A stretch of 64,000 nt of DNA, taken from contig OZ316895.1 of assembly GCA_973895155.1 (NCBI GenBank), positions 17,501,437-17,565,436 of the forward strand, given 5' to 3'. Every line of letters starts with the position of its first letter. Position 1 is the stretch's first letter. Both the position numbers and the translations under genes were made by a program. Of the stretch, positions 52,191-64,000 are shown piece by piece. The notes under the pieces are model-generated. The model did no database searches. It was not told the DNA's origin and was given only the letters and a program-made list of their open reading frames with translations. Source of the stretch: Marsupella aquatica (lineage: Eukaryota; Plantae; Marchantiophyta).

Positions 52191-52669
52191 CATCACCGTA
52201 GCTGAGTTTATCAACCAACAATCAAGGACAATCAAGGTTATTGTCTTAGATGCGGACAAGTGTTCATCATTACCGTTGCCCAATACCGGTAGGAGAGCAT
52301 TTCGATACTAAGATACAGTACAAAATGCTGAAATTTGTGTATTGAGTCTTGAAGCACAGAACACCTGGTCCAGGTTCGTCTGGAGTGAGGAGTGTCGGTA
52401 CCTGCAGCGCAGAATTAACGTCCTACCACTCCCAGGTCCATCCTGTCGTATTGGGAAAAAACAGTTGTAAGGGCCACATCTTCAGCAAGGAACTGGGAGT
52501 AATTCTAGGATATCGATGCATTGGCACCAAGTCCGACAGTCCAAGATGCTAGGTTAGATAGTCCAGAGGGTTTGTGAAATTAATTGACAGTAATGCAACA
52601 CGATGACCTGTATTTCTCTATTGGTTTCACATCAGGCAGCTCTTATCTTCACGTTACTTTAATCAATTT

Positions 52670-55600
52670 TTATCGAGAAATTGTGAGTACATATAGCTCT
52701 CGGTCTTCTGTTTTAGCCATGGTTTGGTTGAAGTCACCTAGAGTGGATTGTGTAGTAGTAGATTGAGCTTCAACATTATTTGGCTTGTTGATTGGTGATG
52801 GAAGTGTTGCGGGCTTCTCCGTCCCATGCGCTGACTTCTTGGCAGGGAAATCTGGCTGCCCAGTAGAGGTGACAGTCCGGTGCCACATATTACTGTTCGG
52901 GTCCACCATACGTGGGACTTCTATCACTTTCGGTATTGGAAGGAATACATAGTGAGTATTCACAAGACCAATGGTAACATCTGTGTGACCAGCAAAAGCT
53001 GCATGAACCTGGATAGTTCAAACACCGTCCACAACATGATTAGTAAACTATCTTTGGAAGGTTCGTATTTGAAAAGTATGTTTTTATTCTATTTCAGACG
53101 AGCAAGGCGAGAAAAACAGAGAAGTCAGACTTCCCTGAATAACATTTCCAAAGCTATTCCGTAAATTGCGTTCTAGAGCTCAGTAAGACCAAAAATTCGT
53201 TCCTCTCGAAGAGCTTTTGGCCTTTGAGAGACTCAATGATCTACGACAGATCTAAGACCTGATACCAAAGGTACTGAAAACAATGTCAAAATGGTTGCAC
53301 ATAAGCCAGCTTGTGCACTACAATTTCGTGAAACCATTCTTACCGCATTTTGTCCAAGCACACTGCAGAAGATATGGTCGGAGGAGTTACACGCTCTGGC
53401 CCTGATCATGTAGGTTGGATCAATGTACTTGACATCCACAGACATCTTAATCTTCTTAAAGTAATCTTTCACCTGCACGATCCAAAGGTTCAGATTTTGC
53501 ACTTTCTGGAATTGCATGTTATTTCTCATTAGATGAAGACCATTCTAGTCCCGATGAAATTTTATGATCAAGAAGACTCTAGAGCAAAGTTTCAGGCACA
53601 TTGCAAAACATGGAGCTATCAACTTGGCTTTGATAATTTTCGCGAAAGTGAAGAACTTATTCTTACGAAAAGCGGTACTGTTTTCCGAGCCAGAAAGAAA
53701 AGCTTCATTATTAGTTTGAAATTCGCAAGTGGCCAACCTGACTCTGAAACCATTTGCCAATGTCGCCGAGAATAGGATTTCCCCCAGCATCTACTCCACC
53801 GCTAGTTTCCAGGAGGTCCTGAAAATGCGACGAAGTTTTAAACCACGAGAGGCCAGCCTAGTGTCAACATTCCAACAAAGACCTTGGAGGCTTGAATAAA
53901 TCCTAGCAAATGCTTACCAAAGTCCGTTTTTAAACGGTGGCGTTGAAAATGAAAGACAATGAATACGGTGATGATATTTGTCAAGAGATATGCACCGCGA
54001 AGACTACCCCCGAGTGTCACTAGGCACGAGTACTTGAAATGCTCTGCACTGCAAATCTGTGTATGAAATTTCCTGTTCTGCCGGCAGCGAGACGACCTAA
54101 ATGGGGAAGGCCCTCAACTTTCCAGTTGAAATTCAACTATTTCGCACGTCAATCTCACATCATTTGACGACCTCACCTGTCCTGCGCCCTCTGCAACAAC
54201 AACCACACAAAGGCCGTTGCTATCCAGTCTTTTCTTCATGTAGTTATAGACACCATTTTCACCCTCGAGTACAAATGGCACCTGGATGGCAGCTCATTCA
54301 AGTGATTAGTGCCGTCATTTTCATATGATATTCGTCAAGGACATTCTAGCCTTGTTTCAGATTCATGTTAGCTCTCTTTACGAACTTGAACACGAAAGGA
54401 GGAGCGACGTCATAACAGTGCGACGATGAAAATATTTGTGAGCCAGGGAGGAGAGATGCGGACCTCTGGGATCAGGACGATATCTACTTGGCCACTTGCC
54501 AACGTGGCGTACATTGCAATGAACCCGCTCTGTCTCCCCATCAGTTTCACAATAGCCACTCCATTGTAAGCACTGCTGGCCTGCATTTCTCAAGGAGCAT
54601 TCAGTCCATTCAGACTGTTTCCCAGATAGTTACAAAGCAATCTTATTCTTGAAGAGCATTCAATTAGTTTCTACAACCTCCAGGTACCAAAGAAGAGGAC
54701 AAAACTTTGATGTCTGCAGTTCATGATCACAATAGGAAGCGTCCTCGGCATGAAGTATAATCTCAGAGTTGCAAGTGCTATTGTCACTAACCTCTACAAA
54801 GCCAGCATTGATTGCCCGCTGTGCTTCTTCAACTGACGTGTCGAAACCAAAAGTTTTGTCAACCAGTTGCAGGTCATTGTCTATAGTTTTGGGAATTCCC
54901 ACAACTGCGATTTTCATCTTGCGCTCCAGACACTGTTAGACAACAGATTGTTAGTTTTCCAGTTGGAGTTCCAGCTAGCCTCTCTACGTATAGCTCAACA
55001 GAACGAAAAGGAAGCGGCCAAAATCTTCAATTGTACACCGAACCTACAGAACATTGATGCAATCGAATAAAACTGATCGTTTTTGAGAATGCAACACTCA
55101 CCTTCTGATATATTGCATGAGCCCCTGCGTGAGAACCATTCCCGCCAATCACAAAAGAAGAAGCTGATGCCCCAGCTCTGTATGAGAGAAAATGAAATAG
55201 ATCGCAGATGAGAAACCTTCGTATACTGTCATTAGAAGTAATACAACTGACAAGGAATTCGGAGTTGAATAATGAAAAACTCGAAAAAACCTTGAGTAGG
55301 ATCCATTATTCAGCTGTAAAAGATTTTGTCAATCTAAGCTATAAGAAAGAAATCAATTTCTCGACTCCAGAGTAGAAAGGCAGGCCCTCATGGGCTTTGA
55401 GACAAGAAGGATCATGTGGTTTTCTTGAGTATATACTTGCATCTACATGTTCTGACCACTCTATCTTGTCTTCCAACTTGTTTTAAGCGTCTTTACTGTA
55501 ATTGGAAACCTCTCTATACCATCTGGGTACGACTTTTAGATATCTAAAGACTCAGTCTTAATTGTGGGATCATTTAGAGATTTTAAGATAGGGGTCGGTA

Positions 55601-58600
55601 TGTTGAAAGCTATACAAACCTGCAGTTTATCAACAATATCGTTTAGATCGGGCGTACCACGAGATACGCCAATGAAGCTCCCGCCAGCCATATGTACACG
55701 TGACACGGACTTGCGTGTCAGCTGTAAGAGCACACAACCATATTGTGTTGCGTCACATAATCGATGATCAGATGCGTCCATTTTGGCTCAGCTAGACTCT
55801 TTACAACACAGGACTGTTTGCAACTGGTTCTCTTCTAGGTGCTGCTGACTCTTTGATGGAAATTTTGCTATTGTTGAAGACAGTACCTAACTAGGTAATG
55901 CAAAATTCTCGCAGGGACGCCCAGGTCCACCTTTCCGGAAGCCCCATTTTTACATTAGAGTCAACGGTCAATTGTACTACTCAATTCCAACCTCCATCTG
56001 CACCCGTATTCCTAGAAAATGAGAGAGAGAAATAACTGTGACAGGTGGGTACTTGGGATCCACAAAGCCTTTGAAACCATATTGAATGCCCAAAATTTCC
56101 TTCACGCCGTATATGTCAAGGGTGAACACAACCTGTGAAGAAGCGAATAATGGTTCACGAGTTATAACTGGAAAATGGAAGCATCAGGTCACACGATAGA
56201 GAATTCTGTTGGCTTTCTATGTTTCGAAGGTTTCCACTGGCTACTAGAGACCTGACAAGCTTTAGTAAGTTCAGCCTAGCTGAGAGTCACCGGACGATGA
56301 TATCTAAAACACAACCAATCGACTTAAAAAGAAATGAAGCGAACGAATCCATAAACAGACGGCAACATCGAAGGAGGAAATAACTACAAGTGAGAAGAGT
56401 ACCTGGCGAATGACATCATTCAGACCTGGGCAAAGTCCTCCACATGTCACTATTGCCGCTTTCACCTGGTCATTTGAGCATGTAGCGTTCAGCCTACATA
56501 CAGAACGAGCCTTTTCTGCCAACAAATGATGTTTTTAAAACTAACCTATCACTCTAAGAACTGTTCCAGGTGACTTTTCAGTTAAAGATATACTTGAGCA
56601 GTTTTCAGAAATTACAGATTCCCTTTCCGACGCTACTAAAACAAGTCTCAAACCAATTGAACCACCCAGAAAGGTTTTGAGTGTTACTTCTGCAGGGTCA
56701 AAGTACATCTGGGCCCGAGGACCAGCACGTTGAGCCCTGCACTGTCAAATAACCACGCACTCATAAGGAAGTGAGGGAAGCTGTGTTGGCATATGGACTG
56801 AAGTTTCTGTGGGCGTGTTAATGGGAGCCCCTACCACTTTGCAGCTCTCTAGTACTGTTGCTATAGATAGAAAGAGAACAGCTTAATCCATGGTGTGAAC
56901 AAATAAAGCTTCCAGACACTGCTTCAATTGGACACCCTCAGTTTGTCAGAGCATCATAGATTTCGAAATACAGATTGATATCTTGCTTCCTAGACATCTC
57001 ACCCACGATGGACTAGATACCCATCGTTCTTATAACGCACTAATTGAGCAAGAGCTATGCAATCATTCCGCCCTCTAGAGTTTCAAACAACTGCATTATC
57101 TTGAAGTCATCTAAAATGGAATTAGGCATACCAGAGGGGCTTGAATTGCCACTCGCCATTCTCTTCAAACTCGATTCCAACGGATGTTGGGTTCCCATAG
57201 TGCACCACCTTCGAGATGATGGCTTAGTGTTAGGATCACAACCATCTTCTAAATCTGCTTCCGGATACGATCCTGATTGCACTAAGAAGATACACAACAC
57301 CTCACTTGCCTATGTACATGCACAGGGGGCCATCCATCAACCTAGCAATATTCTCGAGCATCATCAGACAACTATAGGCAGAATCCGTCTCTTTGGCAAA
57401 TGTCGCAGTGCGCAAGAACTTGATCAGGCAAATTAAGGCACCATTTAGTAAGCACATGAACTGGTTGTAACAGTCATTTGATCTTGGGTCGTCCATTAGT
57501 GGTGATAGACAGATATGGTTACCTTGAGAAGCACTCGATCTTCATCATGCACATAGAGTCGTCTCATGTTGTGCTCACTTGACTGTGGAATATCTACGCC
57601 ATCCGGTAATTGCCAAGTCCTGTACAATAAGTAGATTTTTCAGTGCACTGACCTCATTCAGAGAGAAGTCTCCATATAGGTCGTTAATTTCCTGATCAGA
57701 AATTTTAACTTACGATATTGTACATCATGTTACCAGATGTTTCTTACTATCAAGACTATCATAACTAAGTTCTAGGCTACTTTTCTAAATGGTTGAACAT
57801 CGTAAAGCATTGGACCCAATCTGCGCAAGTTGTTCGAAGTCAGAATGTAGCAGTGGTAAGCTAGAAGGTTCCTCTCTCTGAACAGGTTAACTTTATTGGT
57901 AAACAGTTTCAATGGCAGCTTGGTTGGACGAGGGGCTCCTTTGCTAACATGGGATAGTCTATTACTCCTCGGACACGAAACAAAATTCGCTAAACATGGG
58001 TCGTTCATTGATGGTTATTTTAACTCTACAAAAACACAAGAGAAGTCGATCACATTCCCCAACCATACCAGAGAAGAGAGGAGGGAGAGAGAGAGACCCG
58101 GAATGAGCTCGGTACGTCGAATCCATGGGTGTAATCGGCATGAGCTCTGACAAATGGGTGCAGGCAAACGGATCGTTGGTTTCACCTCGGCCACTGGCGT
58201 CGTTCGGCCTCCTCGCCATGTCTGCTCCTCGAGGAGAAGCTGGAGGAGAAGGAGAAGGTGAGGGAGAGGAAGAAACTGGTTTTACCGGCCTCGCCTTTAA
58301 TGGCGAGGGCGACAATGATGGGCGTCTGCTGGAATTACTGCTCGACGAGGGGCGTCTGTCAGGTGGCGCGCTTCTAACCGGGGATGGGCTCTTTTTTCCT
58401 TTCAAACCATTCGGGTGTTGTTTACAAACGTTCCCGCCTGGCGCAGGCCCACGAGGGGACAATTGAAGTGGCGAAGAAGAGCCTTTGATGGTAGTGGTGA
58501 CAGTTCCATGCAATCCGTAAGTAGTAGTTGCAGCATCAACACCACCGCCGGATCCAGTAGTATGACGACGGGGAGGAGAATTTCGTGGAGACTTTTTGGG

Positions 58601-58786
58601 AGCAAACCTTAGCAGGAATGGGTCACTGGTTGCCCGATTCTTTCTGGAATGAGGGAATTCGGGCGATCCCGGCCAAGGATATTTTTTGGACAATGGTCTG
58701 CCGAGACGTTTGAGTTTCACGGGCTTTGCTCCTTTGCTTGGATCTGCACAACCGGCATATAAATCCAACTCAACCCGAGCACTCAT
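52670..58786 (-). CDS. PFK: ATP-dependent 6-phosphofructokinase, group B (PFK5-like), 14 exons, with an apparent +1 frameshift in exon 8
   Basis: Exons 58786-58116, 57619-57523, 57208-57132, 56736-56688, 56465-56403, 56132-56037, 55721-55620, 55177-55102, 54932-54792, 54580-54464, 54281-54177, 53818-53738, 53472-53344, 53008-52670. Motifs [56 protein letters not shown]. Confidence 0.9.
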
Positions 58787-58811
58787 TCATACGTCCGCAA
58801 AGCTCGAACAT

Positions 58812-59000
58812 AATGGATTGATTGAAGGATTGATTGATTTTACTTTGCATTGTAAGATGATGCCCTTAACATGGCCTTGAAAGAGTGGAATTTATTTGCT
58901 GTGTGCTTCAACAGAATGGATTGATTGAATGATTGATTGATTTTGCAGTGCATTGTAGAATGATGCCCTGAATATGGCCTTGAAAGAGAGTGGAATTTAG
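58812..59000. repeat. ~100-bp tandem duplication in the PFK leader
   Basis: ATGGATTGATTGAA...TGCATTGTA...ATGGCCTTGAAAGAG occurs twice. Confidence 0.8.
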
Positions 59001-62000
59001 GTGCTGTGTGGCGTAGCGGCTTTTTCATTGTCAAGTATCGCGAATGCATATCTCATGAACACGACTGAAGGAAATTCAGAATGCTGACGTCTCCAAAGAA
59101 TTCTATTGTGGGCAAAGAATTCTATGGTGGGTAAAGAAGGACAATAGAATTGCGGCATGGGCTGGGATCATTGCGTCATGATCAGGTATCACGGATGCAC
59201 ATCTAGAGACTAAGACTGAATGAACAAGCTGGCAACACCAAGAAGATAGGTGGTGCAATGTGCACCCACCAAATGACCTTTTCGCTCAAGATCGACTTTT
59301 TCTATTGCATTGTAAATGTCATGAATGCACTTGTGGAAGACTAAGACTGTTTGTAAACGAGGATGGAGGATGATGATCTCCGTAAAGTTCCGTCCCACGT
59401 CTACTGACAGGGATTATTTTTGTATTTTTCTATTGTAGAATGAACGACAGAATTGTCGAAGACTAAGACTCTTTGTAGAAGAAGATGAGGAACCTAATTA
59501 GGAGGATGCTGATCTCTGTCAAGTTGCGTCCCACATCTACTGACAGGGATCTGCTTTTGTAATTTTCGATTGTAGAATGACCGAAAGAATGAATGATCAA
59601 TTCTCTCTATATTTCAGAATTTACGACAATTCAACTATCCATCCATTCTCTCTCTTAGGTCATGGTTGAAACGTGAATTCTCATTCTCTCCCTCTCTCTC
59701 TCTCTCAAAAATAATAATTTAAGAATAGCTTGAAGAAAATGGAGAAGCCAACGAGATACGGACTCAATGTGGAGGAGAAGAGGTGACACCAGTTATGCTC
59801 CTGCATGGAGTCCCTAAACAGGTCGGTGACGACGAAGGGGCAGTGAAGACTTGCGATTGACACGAAGGAACCACGCCGGGTGTGGCCGAGCCTGTGATTC
59901 TCACTGGTTTGGCACCTTTGTTGGAATCACCGTAATTATATGCAATACCCAGACAATGATTTAGAAAGTTCATGAATGCATTGGGCGGAGGCGTGTGGAT
60001 CTCCTCACCAAACTCAGCCTCAGTCTGATTGATTCGACTACGAGAAGAAGACGGCGAAGAAGAAGGTGCAAGCTACAGACTGAGCAATGAAGCAAAGATT
60101 GTTGAGCTCTTTACTGCTTGCATCGATTCGAAGGCTAAAGCGCCCAGAGAAACGCTGTGCCTCAAGGGTCACGAAAACTTGTTGATCTGAGGGAGAAGCA
60201 ATTCATGAATTGTCAAGAGTTCTGTTTGCTGTGCACACTTTCCTCCCCTTGACGCCAAACGCACACTCCATTAAACCTCTAAGTATAGCCTTTTCACATG
60301 AAGAGGTGCCACCAAGTCACCAACTGTTTGAGAATGGTCATGACTCTTGACTACTTTAGCCCTCTTTGACTGTTGCAACATTTTGGGCGGCTGATGTAAT
60401 TCTCCCTCAACAAGGCTTTTATCCTGAAACCCTCATAGTTAGCAATGAACAATCACTTCTTGTCAACTTTAGCACAAATTAAACTTGGTAATGAAATCAC
60501 TTCTTGTCACTTTAGCACAAATCAACCAAAAGTCAAAACCGGGCCTAGTACAAATCTTACTAATAAATTGCGATGAGAAACTAGAGTTAGGGCTGTGCTT
60601 CTAATGTGAAACCTCTAGACCTTGACTCTAGGGCCCCACCAAAATTTTTGTGGATAAAAAAACCTTGAGATATTATGTATGTTAAAATGATGATCATGCA
60701 TGATGATTTTTGTTATCATTTTTCAAAGAATGGGCATTCCAACTCGAATACCAGAGCATGAATAGAAGATAGTTGAAGGCAGTCTTAGCATTATAAACCT
60801 TATCCCTGTTAAAGAACCTGTTAAGAGTACATGAGAGTGATTCTTGGCTCATGCCTCATGGCCTTGCACACAAGCCCACTTCATGCCGGACCAGTGAGTT
60901 TAGGGAATGTTTAGGGCCTTTTCTGCTAGCCAAGGGTAGGGAATTGCTCCACGTTGTTGTCACTCACTTTCAAACCACTGGTAAGGTTATTTTGAGCTTT
61001 CGCACTTTTTGTGACAATTGAGGCTTAAGTTGTCTTGTATGGTTAAGGTCATGATGAAGCCAGATACTTGCAAAACTTCTGGTCCATAATGGCAGAGTTG
61101 TCAACCTTGGTACCTTTGAAAACATGAAATTTCATTACAAAGTATTACCACTTAGCCACACTAGTAAGAACACCTAGTACAGTAGCTCCTTTCCACTACA
61201 TCCAAGCCCTTCGTTCAAACCTGGCCCTAGTTTTTCTTCTTGCAAGAGTTAAGTGCACCTTGCATCTCTTGCATCACGAAGAGCTAGTCCCATGGTGTGT
61301 TTGGACACTAGAAGGAATCATCCAAACACTTTTGACATGGGGCAATAGATTATGCAGGGGTTTAGGGTTTTCCTCCAATAGTGCTGGAAATGAGGGGGAC
61401 TGAAACGCAATAATTTTTTCTCCTAGATATAACCAACAACAGCATTCCACTGAGTGTTCAACCTGCATGACTGTGTTAACCCGACATCCAACACTTGTCT
61501 TCTGGGTGTTGGATGACGGTTAGGACACTCAGGTCAGTACAAATTACTAACGGGCCGCGAGGGGGTTGGCATAGGTGAACTGCAAGCTTCCATGTGTCTG
61601 TGAACCAATTGCTTGTCATCTTGGATTAGTATAGTTCAGTTAAGCCAATCCATAACTATACAAAATAGGGGATAACCTGATAATTAGATCAGTTTGGGGG
61701 GCATGTTAGTAATTTCTACCGGTCAGGGAAATAATGGCAAAGTATATAATTCCACAAAAAAGTGGTAATGTAACTATATAATGGCAATTGAAAAGCTTTC
61801 CTTCAGGGCCAATTGTCTGGAGTGAAGCCTCTAGACCACAACTCTGGAGTGTAACTGAAATCAAGACCGGAAGTGAAAAAAACAGGGTTTAGGGAGCAAT
61901 GAAGGTGAATCTCTGAAAATGGCACAACAAGCTTGAACTGCCACTAGCCATATAAGATGGGGAAGTGTCCAAGACTTCTCCCTTTTTCACTTTCCTCTCA

Positions 62001-62024
62001 TTCTTCTCCTCTCCCTTCCATATT

Positions 62025-62210
62025 GCTCCACAAATCTGATAGTTTGGTAAGGCTGGGGTAGACTACTAATCGGTAAGTCATGGAAAAGGTGGCAAAGTAG
62101 ATAAATACAGACCCCATGCTCCACAAATCTGATAGTTTGGTAAGGCTGGGGTAGACTACTAATCTACCAGTCATGGAAAAGGTGGCAAAGTAGATAAATA
62201 CAGACCCCCA
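62025..62210. repeat. 93-bp tandem duplication
   Basis: GCTCCACAAATCTGATAGTTTGGTAAGG...ACAGACCCC occurs twice. Confidence 0.9.
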
Positions 62211-62999
62211 TGGGACGCTCTTTCCAAAATCTTTAGAAGCACATGCACATGCAAACATTGCACTATTGGTCACAAACAACAACGGTTAGTTATGCAAGAA
62301 GAACCAGATGTGACTATTCATGCTTAATGAGGCAAGACCAAGGAAAACCGTTAGACCCCATACCTGAAAAAACAATGGAAAATCAAAAAGTGTTATTTCA
62401 AATAACAAAGAAAAGGGTATAAAAAGGGGTAAAGGAGAAAATAACCTTTGAATGGGTGTGTAATTGATACATCATTTTTTGGGTAAAGTGTTTGAATTTT
62501 TCTATTTGGCAAAATTTGAAAATATCATGGGTAAAAAGAAACTCTTCAGCTAGTGTACCATTTACCAAGGTAACATAGGAAACATTTGGCTACTATGGAC
62601 AGAGGAGTAATAAGAGAATGTAAGAAATGGTTCAACTACTACGAACACTGGTCCAGGAACCCTTTGGCTACTATGGATGGAGGAATATTTTGCATGGACT
62701 CTATCAAATGTTAGTTACATGAAGGTACAAAGGGAAAGTTTTATATGGAGTGTTATGTTATCATGAATAATCTCATCTTTGTCTACAATGAAATTCAATG
62801 TATCCTAACTACCTTAGAACCCACTTTATTCAAAGTACTCTGTTTAATCTTTGTCCTCTCATGCCTAGAGGACATGGCTGTGTGGTAGCTCACTTGAGTT
62901 GAGAATCATAGGTCTAGGGTTCAAATGTTGTGACTGGCTGATCCCTTTCTATGGGGTTTAACAGATTTCCCCTTAAAAAGTTAAAACAACAACATTTTG

Positions 63000-63545
63000 T
63001 CCTCTCATCTCCATATTCAATCTTATTCCAATGTGCAACTCTTTATCTCTCCAACCAGATGATTGACATCACTCTCATCTCCATATTCAAACTTAATCCA
63101 ATCTGCAACTCTTTATCCCTCCAACTAGATGAATAATATCAAGCTTACATAACCAAGGGGTACTCCAACTAAGCATATTCAAACTTATTCTAATCTGCAA
63201 CTCTTTATCCCTCCAACTACATGAATGACATCAAGCTCACATAACCAAGGGGTCCTCGAACTAATCAATATACTAAATTGCATCCCTACAGCTATTGGTA
63301 TCAAGCTTACATAACCAAGGGGTCCTTGAACTATCAAGCTTTCATAACCAAGGGGTACTCGAACTAATCAACATACTAATGTCATCCCTAAAGGTATGTG
63401 TATCAAGCTTACATAACCAAGGGGTCCTCAACTAATCAATATACTAAATCTCATCCCTAAAGCTATGTGTGAGAGTGGGAAAAACAAGGTTGTAAGATGA
63501 GAACTCTACAAAGTGGAAAAAGCAAGGTTGTAAGATGAGAAGTCG
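63000..63545. repeat. Complex tandem repeat array
   Basis: ATCAAGCTTACATAACCAAGGGGT about 5 times and CATATTCAA.CTTA.TC.AAT.TGCAACTCTTTATC 3 times. Confidence 0.85.
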
Positions 63546-63652
63546 AGACCTGTCAGGCGAAAATACGAGGAAAACAGGAAGGACGAGCTCTTGAGGGTTT
63601 TAGGGGCGGAATTAGACAGGAGCTCTCGACGATCGATCGACCTAGAAGAACG

Positions 63653-63870
63653 ATGGCACGCAATGTTGGAAGAGTTGCGCGTCGAATTTGGTCTTTCTGT
63701 TCAATGCCCTCTCGTAATGCCATAGCTGAAAGTGGTGCCTCTTCATCCTCCTCGTCGCCATCGGCTGGTGCAGCAGCAGCTCATGCTCGCCCATCTCTTC
63801 GGCACCCTTCGCCTGCCACTCAACAACCGCTCTTCGGCTCCCGCAAACAATCTGTGCATTATTACACCAG
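63653..63870 (+). CDS. First exon of a gene with a mitochondrial-presequence-like N-terminus (continues beyond the window)
   Basis: MARNVGRVARRIWSFCSMPSR... is Arg/Ser/Ala-rich and nearly acid-free. AG|GTACTG donor at 63870/63871; telo-box-like motifs at ~63595 and 63971. Confidence 0.55.
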
Positions 63871-64000
63871 GTACTGTACGATGCTCTGTTGAACTGATAT
63901 CGTCGAGGGCGTGGGAGGCAGCTCGGCTTTGAGTGTAGTTTCGTGAAGAGTTCTGCTGCTTTCCTAGCTCTAAACCCTAATCCCTCGCACAATTTTCGAT

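Noticed and set aside
6255-63870. Apparent clustering of organelle-targeted genes
   Set aside because: The functions are unrelated and organelle-targeted genes are common, so there is no evidence of a functional cluster.

Overview
Intron-rich eukaryotic nuclear DNA that looks like a bryophyte (liverwort-like; this assignment is inference). Intact or near-intact genes, read by hand: an 11-exon organellar DEAD-box protein of the RH48/RH33 (Mss116-like) family with every ATPase motif degenerate (minus strand, 6255-11241); two intronless fungal/bacterial-type Pro-1 tautomerase genes in a ~3.7-4.3 kb tandem duplication that also carries relic copies; mitochondrial pyruvate dehydrogenase E1 alpha; a plastid rhodanese (STR9-like); a mitochondrial glycine-rich RRM protein; a proline-rich protein; a candidate 61-aa membrane microprotein; a group-B ATP-phosphofructokinase with an apparent +1 frameshift; and the first exon of a gene cut by the window end. 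Intergenic DNA holds MITEs with TIRs and TSDs, two related copia-type solo LTRs, tRNA-like SINE remnants and many tandem repeats. The top findings are the structurally intact pseudo-helicase and the probably horizontally acquired, amplified tautomerase locus.
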